This document shows, piece after piece, positions 24,291-36,191 of a stretch of 64,000 nt of DNA. The first letter of the stretch is position 1; each line of letters opens with the position of its first letter. Where the stretch lies: contig NC_045696.1 in assembly GCF_009834535.1 (NCBI RefSeq), forward strand, positions 8,496,001 through 8,560,000, written 5' to 3'. Source of the DNA: Camelus ferus (Eukaryota). The notes under the pieces were generated by a model, which was not told the DNA's origin, made no database searches, and saw nothing but the letters and a program-made list of their open reading frames with translations. The position numbers and the translations under genes are program-made.

Positions 24291-25649
24291 TCTTATATAG
24301 AAACAACTGAATTATTGTGTATACTCTAGAGCATTTTCAGGGAGTTTGCACACAGAATCTTTGCAACCAAATATGGCGGCTCCAGATGACTTGGGCTTGC
24401 GGGAGAGTATGAAGGGCTCATTTTGAGGGAGGAAAGAGTATCAGGTAATCCTAGGCGGATAAATGACTGTGGAATAAATTAAGGATATGCCCTTCTCTTT
24501 TCAGAAACAGTGCACATTCCCCTGGGGACGTGAAAGGAACTCACAGCCCCTGTGCACTCCTGCGTCCCCGCCAGGTCGTGCAGCTTCCCCACCTCACAGT
24601 GAGTTCATTTGCCTCCCTCCACCACCTGGACAGTCAGCCCACCCTCCCTGTTGGCAGGCGTCCCATCCCATTCCCTTGGTGCCATGAAGAGTGTCTAGGG
24701 TGATGGACGTGTTCGGGAACTCATTCTAAAATGGAGATGTGTCGATGAGTTGATGGGGTGTGAGTAGAACTAGGGGAGGTCTCTGACTCAAGGCATCAGA
24801 GTCGGCTTGGGAAGGATTGATAACAATTGTGCCTTTTCAAAAATTGACTTGAATAGTAACTATGAAAAGTTACTGAAGTAACAAAAGAGAACAAAAGGAT
24901 TTACATGAGAAGCAGTACTTCCTGGCGCGTCCCCGCCCCTACTGCCCGTTCTGCCCCTCCCCCTCTCCAAATGCTTTACCTTTAACTGCTTCTGTTTTTC
25001 TGTTACGTTTGGTCGCCAAACCCATATTTCTAAATAGTATGTCATGCCGCTGATTGTTATCCCCTTCTTGCCACGTCTCCTCCCTGTCTCCTGCTACTAC
25101 GAAAACTTCCTCTCTAGATGAATGAAGGCAAAACTGAATCCCAGCCTTAGACCATACAAAGGGGGGCTCCAGATAAACTAGAAACCTAAACAGAAAAGGT
25201 AGCAGTGTACAAGTAATAGAAGAACATACTGGAGAATATCTTTGTGACTTAGGGATAGAAGTCTTCTTAAACCAGACCTCAACGTCACAGCCAAATGTAA
25301 AAACGTGGTAGATTTTATTACATCAAGCTTAAGAATCCAGTTCATTTTAGAATCTCATAGAGACATCATTATTAGTCAGATGGCAGGTGAGAGGAAGATA
25401 ATTGTGACATCTAAAAACTGAAAGGCTTACATGGGATAATCAAGCAATTCTGAGATGTTAGCATGAAAAAGTTAGAGAAGCCAAGAATAATGGATGTAAT
25501 ATATAACTTCAGAGGAGGGGAGAACTGAACAAGTAACAACTATGTTAATAAACATTCCAATTCATTAGGAAGCAGAGGAATGAAAGTTAAAATAACAACG
25601 AGAGGCTATTTTCTATGCAGCAGCCTGGCAAAACTGGGCAGGTGAGTGG

Positions 25650-26085
25650 TGCTGTTGCAGGCTGGGTGCCCCAGGAGCAGACACTGAGACAGAGTTTTGA
25701 GGGATCAAAGCTGCAACAGGAGTGGGGAGGATGCTGGACTGAGCAGTGGAAGCTGGGATGTGATGCAGGCAGGGCAAAGCCTCAGCCAATCAGCCAGGGG
25801 CTCTGGAGTAGAAATTACCCTTCAGGGTTGCTGGCATCTGGCTGAAATAGCTGGCCTCTTACACCTCCAGTTGGGAGCTGCTCTGGGAAGGTAAGCCCTG
25901 GGGCCAGGTTTTTATCTATATGTGGCCTTGGTCAGATAATCAAGCCCAAGAGGTTAGAGAGCACGTGTTCTGCAAGGAGGCAGATGCTGCGGGAGCTGAC
26001 AGCTGGAGGCTGACCACTGAGCACAGCCCCTGCAGCCGGGCAGCGAGTTCTTCCTTGAAGAGGGAACTGACTAGTGCAGCTGTTA
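25650..26085 (-). mobile_element. Old ERVL-type LTR (LTR16/LTR33-like) nested in the L1
   Basis: GGCTGGGTGCCCCAGGAGCAGACACTGAGACAGAGTTT..GAAGCTGGGATGTGATGCAG..GCCTCAGCCAATC..GGGGCTCTGGAG. Confidence 0.6.
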
Positions 26086-26088
26086 CAG

Positions 26089-26089
26089 T

Positions 26090-26127
<38 letters not shown>
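26089..26127. repeat. (TG)n microsatellite
   Basis: Read directly from the sequence. Confidence 0.95.
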
Positions 26128-26129
<2 letters not shown>

Positions 26130-27394
26130 CTGTGGGGAAACAGTAACTCTCAAGTGTTGTTGATAGAAGTGGGGGCTTATGAAGCTACTGTTCAAAGCAG
26201 TGGGTAGTCCTTAGGTGAAGTGGGCGTGTTTCTTATATTCCAGAAATTCCCCTGCTGGTGGTACATATCAGGGAAATCCTCACAAGGGTCCATAAGTGGA
26301 ACATGCAGAAGAATATCCATGGCAGCAGGGTCCGAGCTGGAGATGAACACATCTGAGGTGTTTGTTGCTTGGAGAATGAGTAACAAGTCAGGGAATATTA
26401 TGCAGATGCCAACCGAGGCATAAACACAGCAGAATGAACAGACTTTCAAAACATAGTGCCGAGTGAAGAAAGTAAGAACAGAATGTCATCTTTAGCACAT
26501 TACTGTTTATGTAAATTGAAACCACATAATTCTCAGGGTACATACAAACTCAGAAATACTAGTCAAATACAATGGGGTGTCTGCCCACAGTGGGAGAGAG
26601 ACATGGCTATGGGAATGGGAATAAAAGGCAATCAATCAGTCAGTCAACTGTCAACCAATCACAAACGAAGGATGAGAGGGTGTCACTAAATGAGGGTACC
26701 CTTAACTAGGAGTATGATGAAGTCAGCTTTGTGTGTCTGAGGCTCAGAGGGATGAACTAAAAAAACACAGTGATGCTTGCCTGGCCTTGGGTGTGTGCCA
26801 GCATCTGCCACTGATGTTGGGGTCTTTGGTCTTCAGTGTCATCATTTGGCCCCCCTTTGTCACAACTCTAGGCCACTTGAGTTCTTGGCCTGTGCACCAC
26901 TGCGGCTCACGGTTACTTCTGGATCTTTCTATGCTTTGCTGGTCAGGCTGTTGACACCTGGGGTGGGAACTGCTTTAGAACCTCCAGACCTCACTTTGCT
27001 ATTTTTGCTCCCCTGGGATCACCTCATGTTGCCCTCGGGCGTCCCATGGAGTGTTTTTATCCAAATAGGAACTGAGACACAAAACCCTCTTCTTTTTGGG
27101 TCTCCCTGAAACAAACTGATATTTTTGTTCTTTTATCTCTCCTACCTCAAGGCCTTCTGGGTAGGAGCTGGGCCTGTCCTGGGACCTGGGCAGCGCGCTC
27201 ACCCCGGCCTCATTCTCCGGGAGTCCCGCCAGGTGCCTCTGGGCAAGTCTGAAACAAACACATTTATCTTTCCATTGTGATAGGAACTACCACCCTTCTT
27301 GTTTTCTGCCCTCTTTGCCCTGCGCTCTTCCTCGTGTCCCCCTAGCTAGAAGGCCTTCTAGGATGAACCTGTTCAGAAATGTTGAAGAGTTCTG

Positions 27395-27850
27395 TTTGCA
27401 TTTAAAATTAATACATGAGCACTGAGAAAAATTGGAAAGTTCTAAAGTAAAGAACAGGAAAAAAACAGATGCATAAAATCTCAACATCCAAAGGATCATT
27501 GTCAAAATTTGGGAGCAGTTGTCTTTTGGTCTCCATTTTGGGAACCTCATTTGCACACTTTCTTGGAACCGTGTATCTGTACTTGAAGGAGCACAGAGTA
27601 AATGTAACATGTCATAAGCGTTTTTTCCCCATGTCTGGAACGTATTTTACTAAATCATGTCTCTCCTGTTAGAAAATCGGTTGACGCCATTGTTTTTGAC
27701 CATCAAGAACAACAGAGTAGTGGACAATCTTGATTCATTTCTGCATTCCAGATTATTTCCTTAGACTGAGAAGTGAAATTATTGGGTCAAAGGATGTAAG
27801 CATTCCTTTAAGGGTTTTTATTACTAAATTACTCTCCTGAAAGATTAAGT
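27395..27850 (-). mobile_element. Ancient L1 (L1ME-like) 3' UTR fragment
   Basis: TTAATACATGAGCACTGAGAAAAATTGGAAAGT..GATTATTTCCTTAGA..AGTGAAATTATTGGGTCAAAGG. Confidence 0.55.
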
Positions 27851-28989
27851 CGGTTGATCTGAGTATGTGTAAGGTTTACATGCAGATAAGACCCTCCTCC
27901 CCATCCTCACTAGCATTTATGAAACAGCTTAGTCGTTCCATGAAAGGATTATGAAAATGCCGAACTTGAAAGACTCCAGAATTAAGAAGTAAGAGTGTCC
28001 AAGTCATAGCAGATTTATCTCTCCCTAAGTTTATTATTTTGGGGGCTGTGACACTGTCGGAAGATCGACAGTCCTCTAGATTCCATTTGTTCTGTAGTTG
28101 TGCTTTGGTGACCAGCCAGCTTGGCAGTAAGTTGGCAATGTTTAATAAGATTGTCTTCCATGATTGAAACAAATGACTCTCTTTTTGTCATCAGAAATGG
28201 AACCTTTATGCATTTGTTTTAGTAATACAAGATCTGACATCATTAATAATCTGGGCTTGCAACTTGTGCTTGTTGAATACGATAGATGAATGAAAAATTT
28301 AATTTTTTAGTAGATCATAAAAGATGTGCCAATAGATCAAAAATAATTTAGGCAGAGTACCTCTGATGCATGAGACATTCCATTGTCTCTGCTTTTTGTT
28401 CGGTGGCCGTGTGCACATAGATGTCATTCTTTGTGAGTCCTCTAAATGTCATAGTGTAGTATTCAGAGACGTGCATGGGCTGGTCCTATCTCTCGAAATT
28501 TCTGTCTCGTTACTCTCCACCGTGGCCTCTGTGTAATGGATGAACTGCAAATCCCACCTTGTTGTTTTCGGCTCTCCTTGTAGCTCAGGTGAGGAATACC
28601 CTCTTGTCACCGGCGAGCTGGGTAATTCCTCCCTTTCCAAGACCTCATTTAAATCTCTCTCTGGTTTCGTTTCTCAGATTGTACCCTCAAACCTAGCATT
28701 TACATCTTGAATTTAGAGCATTTTGCTTGTCCTGTGATTCGGTTCTGAGTGGCTTCTCCAGAACCTTATCTGTACTTGACATTGGACTTCAGGAGGTTAG
28801 AGACCATGTGTTTGACTCTTTGCCTTTTGATCCCCACCAATCAGTAGTATTTGAACTTAACAGAGTCATTTAAGGTGCTTCTTCAACTCTGATTTCTTGT
28901 GTGTGCTTAAGAGGACCTGCTGGATTTGTGCTTGTTTGCAGCAAAGTAACACCCAGTGCAGAATCATCAACCGGGGACTGTAAAAAAAA

Positions 28990-29150
28990 AAAAAAAGGCC
29001 AATTCTGCTTTTGTTCACAAGGGAGAGGGAGCTTCGCAGCGATCCCAGCACCGAGGACTTGCGCTGCTCCCTCGCGCGCTCTTTGCCGTGGCTCCTTTGT
29101 CCAGGGACCCAGTAGGGACTCCCCGGTGTTGCAGCAGCTCCTGGGTGAGT
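28990..29150 (+). promoter_or_regulatory. CpG-rich candidate non-coding first exon
   Basis: CCAAT at 28999, a CpG cluster (TCGCGCGC and others), no ATG, and the donor TGG|GTGAGT at 29144/29145. Confidence 0.3.
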
Positions 29151-30100
29151 TGTGTTTGGAGCCATGCAGCCTGGAAACGGTGCTGGGGAAGGCGTCGGGG
29201 ATGGGGTGGAGTGGGGAGGACTGGCTGGCAAGCAGCTGATTTGCCCAGTGTGTAATTATTGAAGCAAGAGCAAACTGTAGGGGTTTAAAAAAGAAGGTAA
29301 TCTTCATGGAGACAGGTCACAGGGGGCAGAGTACAGAGGGACCCTCAGAAGCCTTTGGCTCAGCCCTGTTATCAAACCAGCAGGAGAGGAAGTGAAGGGG
29401 GTCCTCACCGCCCTGGGGTCTGCCCGGCACTGCTGCTGCCTAAGGAAGATTCCCCAGTAAGAGGACTTTGGTCTCTCCTAGGCTAAGAAAGGCAGGATTC
29501 TTTTAAAAGCAGATTATCAAAATTAGGCACATTCACCGATGTGCACAACCATTGGCAGTGAAGGGCATGGATCCAATGTTAGACAGAGGCCCGGACTCAA
29601 CCCAGGGTGGGAGGTGACTTGCTCCTGGAGTAACAGTTTACTTCTCCTTCAGTGAGCCAGGCTCGGGGCCGGGCCCTGAGGGTCCCCGGGAGAAGGGCAC
29701 ATTCTCTGACATCGGCTGGCTCACAGCCTGGAAGGACGGACAGAGACCAAACCAACCATCTCATACGGTGGGTAAGACTTGACCCAAGATGGCCCAGATC
29801 AGGGGCATGGGGGAGGGCCCCCCAACTCACACTGGTGTGGGTGGACGTGAAGGAGGGGTTCCACAACTTGAGGGAGGAGTGTGAGTCACAGCACCCCCAT
29901 CAGCTGTGCAAGGCTGGGGAAATCCCTTATTAAGTCTCTGTTCCCTCCTGGGAAGGAAAGATAGTGACCTCTGGCGCCGACCGGTCACATGTAGAGACCT
30001 GACATGCAGCAAATGTCCATCAGTGACTGCGTTTTCCAGAAGAGGCATTGTTTGATGATAATAGGGTGGATGGCCTCTCTGTATCAAGAGAAGGGGAAGG

Positions 30101-30139
<39 letters not shown>

Positions 30140-30162
30140 TGTATTTATTTATGTATTTATTT
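30101..30162. repeat. (TTTA)n/(TGTA) microsatellite
   Basis: Read directly from the sequence. Confidence 0.95.
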
Positions 30163-31891
30163 GCATTTTGCCCTCTTTTCACAACATCTGGCTTCTGTTG
30201 GCTCTTACCTACTAAGCAGCTGTAGCAACTTCACAAAAGGAGGCAAGGAAACTCCCATCTCATTCTCACAGCAGGTTGGAAGCTCTACGGACAAGCAGTC
30301 CTCACTTTGCCTGGTTGGGGGGGGGCCATAAAAATGACTGTGTAAACCAAAGCCAGGCAAAGCAGTCTTGATCAGCAAAGACAAAAATTACACAGAGGAA
30401 AGAAAATGTCGATATGCCAGAAGAAAATTTTGAGTTGTATTTCGTTAAGAAATCACAGCATGAAGCAAATGGTTTGTGTAATTGGTCTGGCAGCCCCTTT
30501 GTGTTTGTTTCTCGTACAAAAAGTCCTTTGTTGTGGTGCATGGATGAGAAAATCTGGGCCTTGGACTCGTGTGTGTGATTCCTGGCGGAACATCTCTAAG
30601 AGAGTAAGAGACAGTTGAATTCTTTTTGTTGTAACTGGCGCACCCCAGCTGGGGATACTGCAATAGATGCGTATGGCGAAGAGGTTCCTCTGCGTTCAAG
30701 CAGCCCTTTCCGTTAAGAAAGCCTGTCTGTCCACTGAGGAGGGGAGGAGAGAAAGGGAGAAGGAGGAGGAGGAGGAGGAGAAAATGATAGAGGCAGGGAC
30801 AAGAACAAGTGTGAAGGGAAATGGGAAATGTCGTAGAGATTCAGAGAGGAGCACTTAGAGTGACCAGTTCCTTGGTGAGCTTGTTTTAGAAAAAGAGCAC
30901 ACGTTGGAAGGAGACTGAAGGAGTTCTGGGGTTGGCTGGACTGGTATTTCTCCTAGAACTTAAATTTTTCCGTTCTCGGCACGTTGCTTTTCCTAGATTC
31001 TGTTAGTTGCAAGGAGGGTTGGTGATGCATTTGGCAGGAGGCTGGTTCCTCCCTTAAGCCTGAAGGGGTAGGGGAGGAAAGGTGCATGTGGGAGACAGAG
31101 GCTCCTGTTGTGGCTACAGGTAGATGAGTCCAGCCATCATGGCTCTGCGGCATGGATGGAATAAACACCCTGGACTTTCTCCCCAGCCCTCCAATCTCCT
31201 GACAGAACTCTCCATGGCACCCAGGCTACGAGGAAGCTGGGTTTTCAGCTGTATTTTGTACTTAAAAGAGTGTCTTGGGTCAGGTCCATAGTGGCAGTCA
31301 TGTGGTTTTTAAGGCATAAGTAATTTATAAATACACCCTTGGTTTTAAAATAAACAAACAGATGTCTCAGCTGTTCTTTCTAGAAGCACTTCACCTTTTC
31401 CCTTTCTACAGACAGCCTCTCTGGAAGACTCGAAGCCATGGAAATCCTTAGGGTACGTCTCCATTCTCAGGCTGCTTATTTCTCACTATCATTCAGTGCA
31501 GGGTGTTCACAAACAGAAGAAAATATTGATTGTTTCTTTCAAAGTCATACATTTTAATATAGTTTAGCATACCAAGTTGTCAGTGTTTGATCTCTTGGGT
31601 CATAGTTCAAACTCCTTCTAATCCTATTGTCCATATTTCTAAATTTCTTGGGCAGTTTCAAGCACAAGCCAATCAGTGTCAATAAAAAAAAAATAGTAAG
31701 AGGGTTGTGCTTTGTGCAGAGCCTGCTGGCTTTTTGGGTGGTCTCCCCCGGTAGCATGAAGATGCTTTTGTTATTTCACCTCCTAAATCAGAGGCTACAA
31801 GTGGATACAAATCGTTCTAAGTCCTTATTACCTTTTGAGGTTAAGAAGAACCTCCTTATCCGAAAGAAACTGGATGCATGTGGTGGATGAG

Positions 31892-32315
31892 TGATATGAT
31901 TAATTTTATGTGTCAACTGGCTAGACTGTGGTGACCAGTTGTTTGGTCAAATGCTAGTCTAGACATTGCTGTGGATGTAGTTTTTTAGATGTGATTAACG
32001 TCTACGGTCAGTTGATTTTAATAAAGCATATTATCTTCCATAATAGGGATGGGCTTCATCCAATCAATTGAAGGCCTTAAGAGCAAAGCCTGGGGTTCCC
32101 CAAAGCAGAAGCAATTCTGCCTCCAGATTGCAACGTAGAAATTCTGCTTGAGTTTCCATCTGTCAGACTCAAGACTGCAACATGAACTTTTAGCTGAGTC
32201 TCCCGTCGGCCAGCTTGCCCTATGGATTTTGGACTTGCTGGTCCCTATAATTGCATGAGATAATTCCTTAAGTATCCTATTAGTTCTGTTTCTCTGGAGA
32301 AATATGACTAATACA
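31892..32315 (+). mobile_element. ERVL LTR MLT2 (MLT2D-like), solo LTR
   Basis: TTAATTTTATGTGTCAACT..GGGCTTCATCCAATCAATTGAAGGCCTTAAGAG..GTTCTGTTTCTCTGGAGAA..GACTAATACA; TSD ATGAG/ATGGG. Confidence 0.9.
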
Positions 32316-32459
32316 ATGGGGGAAGGGATTTGGGGATCAAGGTTGACCGTCAGAGAGCTCTGTCTTCCCAGTGACCACAGTGCCGAGCGCAACTGCCTTG
32401 AAGGCGCTGTGGCTACTACAGTCAGGCTCATGGTGAGGGATGGAGCCAGGGAGCTTTTC

Positions 32460-32900
32460 CCCATCAGGCTCCTGGCAGAAAAGGGGTGGCACACTCCAAG
32501 GGTTCATTGAAGAGACTATTTCAGAAGTCAAGGGGTAAAGGAACCAAGAAGGTGGTTCACCCAGGGGTGAGCATCAGAGGGAATCTGTTGGTGCCCTTGG
32601 GCCTAAAGGAGCAGGGGTAGGAGATAAGATCTGTGGGAGACACCTCCCTGATGCCAGCTGGGGCTACCGGCAGAGGAGTGCAGCCACTGGCAAAACCGAG
32701 GGCTGGCAGAGAAGGCGTAGAAGAAGTAGATGTCTCGGTCTTTCTCTCCTCCAACTTGAATCTCCTGCCAAGGCTCACATTGTCAGAACCCAACCAGAAA
32801 TCACAGGGTAAGGAAGCTCATTGGAAACGTTCAAGCCACCTGGGACCCTGAGCAGGAAGAAGGGCAGAGAATGGACACAGGCATGAACAAAAAGAGAACA
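32460..32900 (-). mobile_element. Degenerate old ERVL-type LTR
   Basis: ATCTCCTGCCAAGGCTCACATTGTCAGAACCCAACCAGAAATCACAGGGTAAGGAAGC motif seen in old ERVL LTRs. Confidence 0.45.
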
Positions 32901-33569
32901 GCCAGGTCATGTGGGTCTCTGTCTCTGGGGAACCTATAATAATAACATATTCACTTTCAGTAAATTACAAGCTCAACCTTATTAATTAAAGGAAAGGAAG
33001 TAGGTCATCTTTGGGTGATGGGGGTGCTCTGCTCAGCAAGGCTGTTGAGGGATGGTAATACATATTCTGTGATATGAAGAGGAGAGTCCGTGGCCGCCCT
33101 GGGCTCTGGGGCTCAGGGGACCTTAATTCTCAGCCACTTGGGGCAGTGGTCCTCAACTTAAGTCTTGCCCTCCTTTCTCGTCCTCCACCCCTCACCTGCC
33201 CAGTCACATGGTGGCGCAGTGTGAACAATGTCAGAGTTATGCCCCAGGATAAAGGCTTACCATCACTGGATCACCTCAATCAGGAATACCCAGTTTTCTG
33301 TGCCAAGACAACCGTTCCACCTCTTAAGTGAACATTTGATTATCTGCTATTGGTTCCTCATAGCTTTCAAGGACATGGGAGTAATTTATAATCCTAACTT
33401 CCTTTGACTTGCTTTAAAGCAGCTGAAATTATGGCTCTTGAATTTAAATGTTTTTTTAATTTATACTAAACACTATGCCCTTAGTGGGGTTTTTACAACC
33501 ATTGGCTGGTTTACTGATTTTCTATTAAGTCCCAGCACACCATCTCTGTGCATGTGAACAAGTTCTTGA

Positions 33570-35050
33570 GTCAGGAGATGTTGGCTACTTACCGAGTACT
33601 CAGTGCTAGGAAATGCACTAAATTCTGGTTATGCAGAGATCAGAATAGTCCTGCTTTGGAGGGGCACACAGGTGGGTCATGGAGACACACATGCCAGTGG
33701 CAGAAGCAGTGTGGCGAGAGTGGCGAGGAGGCACGCACAGGGGAGCAGTGCCGTCCCTGACCCCGAGACCTAGTTAATGTGATCCAGGGGAGGAGACACT
33801 TCAAGATTCTGAGTTTTAAAGGAAGACCCAGAGTTAGCGCGGCGGCCGACGGGGGAACCGAGGAGAGCGGCGTTCTGGGAGGGAGAGGGCAACCACCTTG
33901 GAACAGCAGAGGGTCTGTGAGTGGGCAGTGGAGACTGATCATTTGGACCTGGTACCCATGTTACAGTCTTGACCTTATGATAAGTTCAAGGAGGGAGACC
34001 AGTGCCTTCTAAGTAAGGGAGTGACATGATGAGATATTTAATTGTATAAAGAAAAAAATCTGCTAGCGATGGGTAGAGACTGGTTTGGAAGATTCTGGGG
34101 CAAGACTGAAGGGCCAGGCTAATGAAGAGACCGTTATACCAAATCCAATTAAGAAATGATAAAAGCCTGAACTAAAGCCATGTTTGGGGTGTGGAAGGAG
34201 AGAGAGTGTGAAGACATTTCTGAGATGTGATAAAAAGAACTTTGCTAGAAGTGTTCTGTTATCCAACTTGGCTGACAGATAATCACCAAGGCAAATAATA
34301 AAAGAGGACAGCAGGCTGGTGGGTGGTGAAGAGGTCAGCTTAGTTGAGTGGCCTGTAGGACATCCTAGTGGGGGTGGCCGGAGGCGGGAGGACACAGACT
34401 CACAGGTCAGGAGGAAGACAGGGAAAAGATTTCATAGTTAACACTAGCAGGGGGAAGAGGGCATAAAACAATGGATGAGGCCACCAGGAACAATTGTAAA
34501 GGATGAGAAAATAAGAGAAGTGGAGATGCACTTACTCTTTTCTGTACTTTTATGAATGGTTGAGATAGCTCATCATTTAAAAAACATTCAAAATAAGGAA
34601 AAAGAACAGATGGAGGAAGAGAAATCTTTAATGGCTTACGATGTGGCTACCACGGATCTGGGAATTCAGGAATTTGTGCAGTGAGAATGTTGCAGAAATG
34701 GGAATTCCTGGCCACAGGGGATGGAGAAAAAGACAGACAGATATGTTTCAATTGGATTTGGAAATTAATAGGGCACTGGGGACTTCGGCCAGAGCGGTTT
34801 CATGGGATGGTTGTGGTGGCATTGACGAAGGCGAGGATGGGAGTAGGAGAGAGAAATGTAAGCTATTCCTTCAAGAAATTTCACTGGGAAGGGAAGGGAT
34901 AGAGCTAGAAAGGAACTTGGGGTCCAGACCCAGAGAATTGCCTTTCTTGTTTCATAAAGTATTAGAATTAGAACATGTTATCAGGATGAGGGCGGAGTCA
35001 GGAGGAAGGGAGAGGTTCCAGACACCAGTGAAGATGCAGAGGAGAAGCCC
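33570..35050 (-). mobile_element. Long fragmented L2 LINE
   Basis: Successive antisense L2 blocks: AGTCCTGCTTTGGAGGGGCACACAG, TAAGGGAGTGACATGATGAGAT, GAGGTCAGCTTAGTTGAGTGGCCTGTAGGACATCC, CAATTGGATTTGGAAATT..GACTTCGGCCAGAGCGGTTTCATGG. Confidence 0.75.
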
Positions 35051-36142
35051 TGCAGGAGGTGGAAACACCAGAACGGAAGCACAGGTGAGAGTCAGGGGAG
35101 GAGACGGTATAAACACAGAATCCCAGTTTCCCATTTCAGAGTCAAAGCTGGTCCTGGTGAGGAAACTCAGGTGTGGTTTGTGGAAGAGCCTGGAGAAGCT
35201 CACAGAACCGAGGTCTCCACATGGACACTGACGATCCAAACACAGGAACCCAAGTCTCCGGTGAGTGTGGGGGATCAGTGAGGCGAGGGTAGGAAACAGA
35301 GGGAAGTTAGAGGGCAATGTAGTCTGAAGGCCCCGACTTAAAAATTTAAAAGACCATGAAAACAGGCAGCAAAGGCCCAGCTAGGCCCAGCTGCTGTCCA
35401 CTCAGACGGCCCTTCCGTGGGTGTGGAAGCAGGCACCACCCAAAGCCAGCAGGCTCACGAGGGACGCAGGTGGAAGCCGACTTCAGATGAAAATTGTTGA
35501 ATCCGTTAAAGCGGGTTAGGGGAGTTGCTGTTCTGATCCATGTTTACCTAAAATTGAGGGTTCCAGCCAGTGCAGCCAAAAAGGGAAAGAGTAACATTAA
35601 TCAAAAAGATGGCAGATGGAGAAACATGATTCCTGTTACTTGCTGAGTCTGTTTGAAACTTACACTGTCCAGGACCACCATTTACTTACTGCCAGCAACT
35701 CCATTTGCATTCTGTAATCCTCCTTTCTCATGAGGGACATGGAAGTCATTCTAATGGGCCTTCTTCCAGGTGTCAGGCCCCACCAGGAGGAAAGCATGTG
35801 AGCTTTGCAAGAGGAGTGTAAACAGCAGCACGATGGTGTCAGTACCTCTGTACCCACTGCGGATACTTGCCAATTGCTCATCTGAACCAGCACCCTAATG
35901 TTGTTCAAAATGCAGATGTTACGATTAAAATGGGCCTTTTAAAACACTATGTGAGTTTAGTTAATGCAAAATTAAAGCAATCACTTTATTTATCCACAGG
36001 TGTAAATAAAAAAACACGATACACTGCCACATACTCTACTATCCAATGTCATGTTACATTGTATTTGTATGTGAAGTTAAGGATGGGATTCTAGTGACGT
36101 CCATCACAGTCACATTGGTTGATGTCTGTGTAGGTAGATACA

Positions 36143-36190
<48 letters not shown>
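36143..36190. repeat. (TATC)12 microsatellite
   Basis: Read directly from the sequence. Confidence 0.95.

Positions 36191-36191
<1 letters not shown>

Larger units (their letters stand above)
25125..26600 (+). mobile_element. Ancient L1 ORF2 3' region, split by an LTR and a (TG)n
   Basis: TAGAAGAACATACTGGAGAATATCTTTGTGACTTAGGGATAG..TACATCAAGCTTAAGAA; after the LTR it resumes GGGGAAACAGTAACTCTC..CAGAAATTCCCCTGCTGG. Confidence 0.65.

Noticed and set aside
32018..32494. 158-aa minus-strand ORF
   Set aside because: It reads through the MLT2 solo LTR and has no gag/pol/env similarity
34641..35231. Longest ORF in the track (196 aa)
   Set aside because: It lies mostly in an antisense L2 remnant, has no recognisable domain and is best explained as a chance ORF in purine-rich DNA
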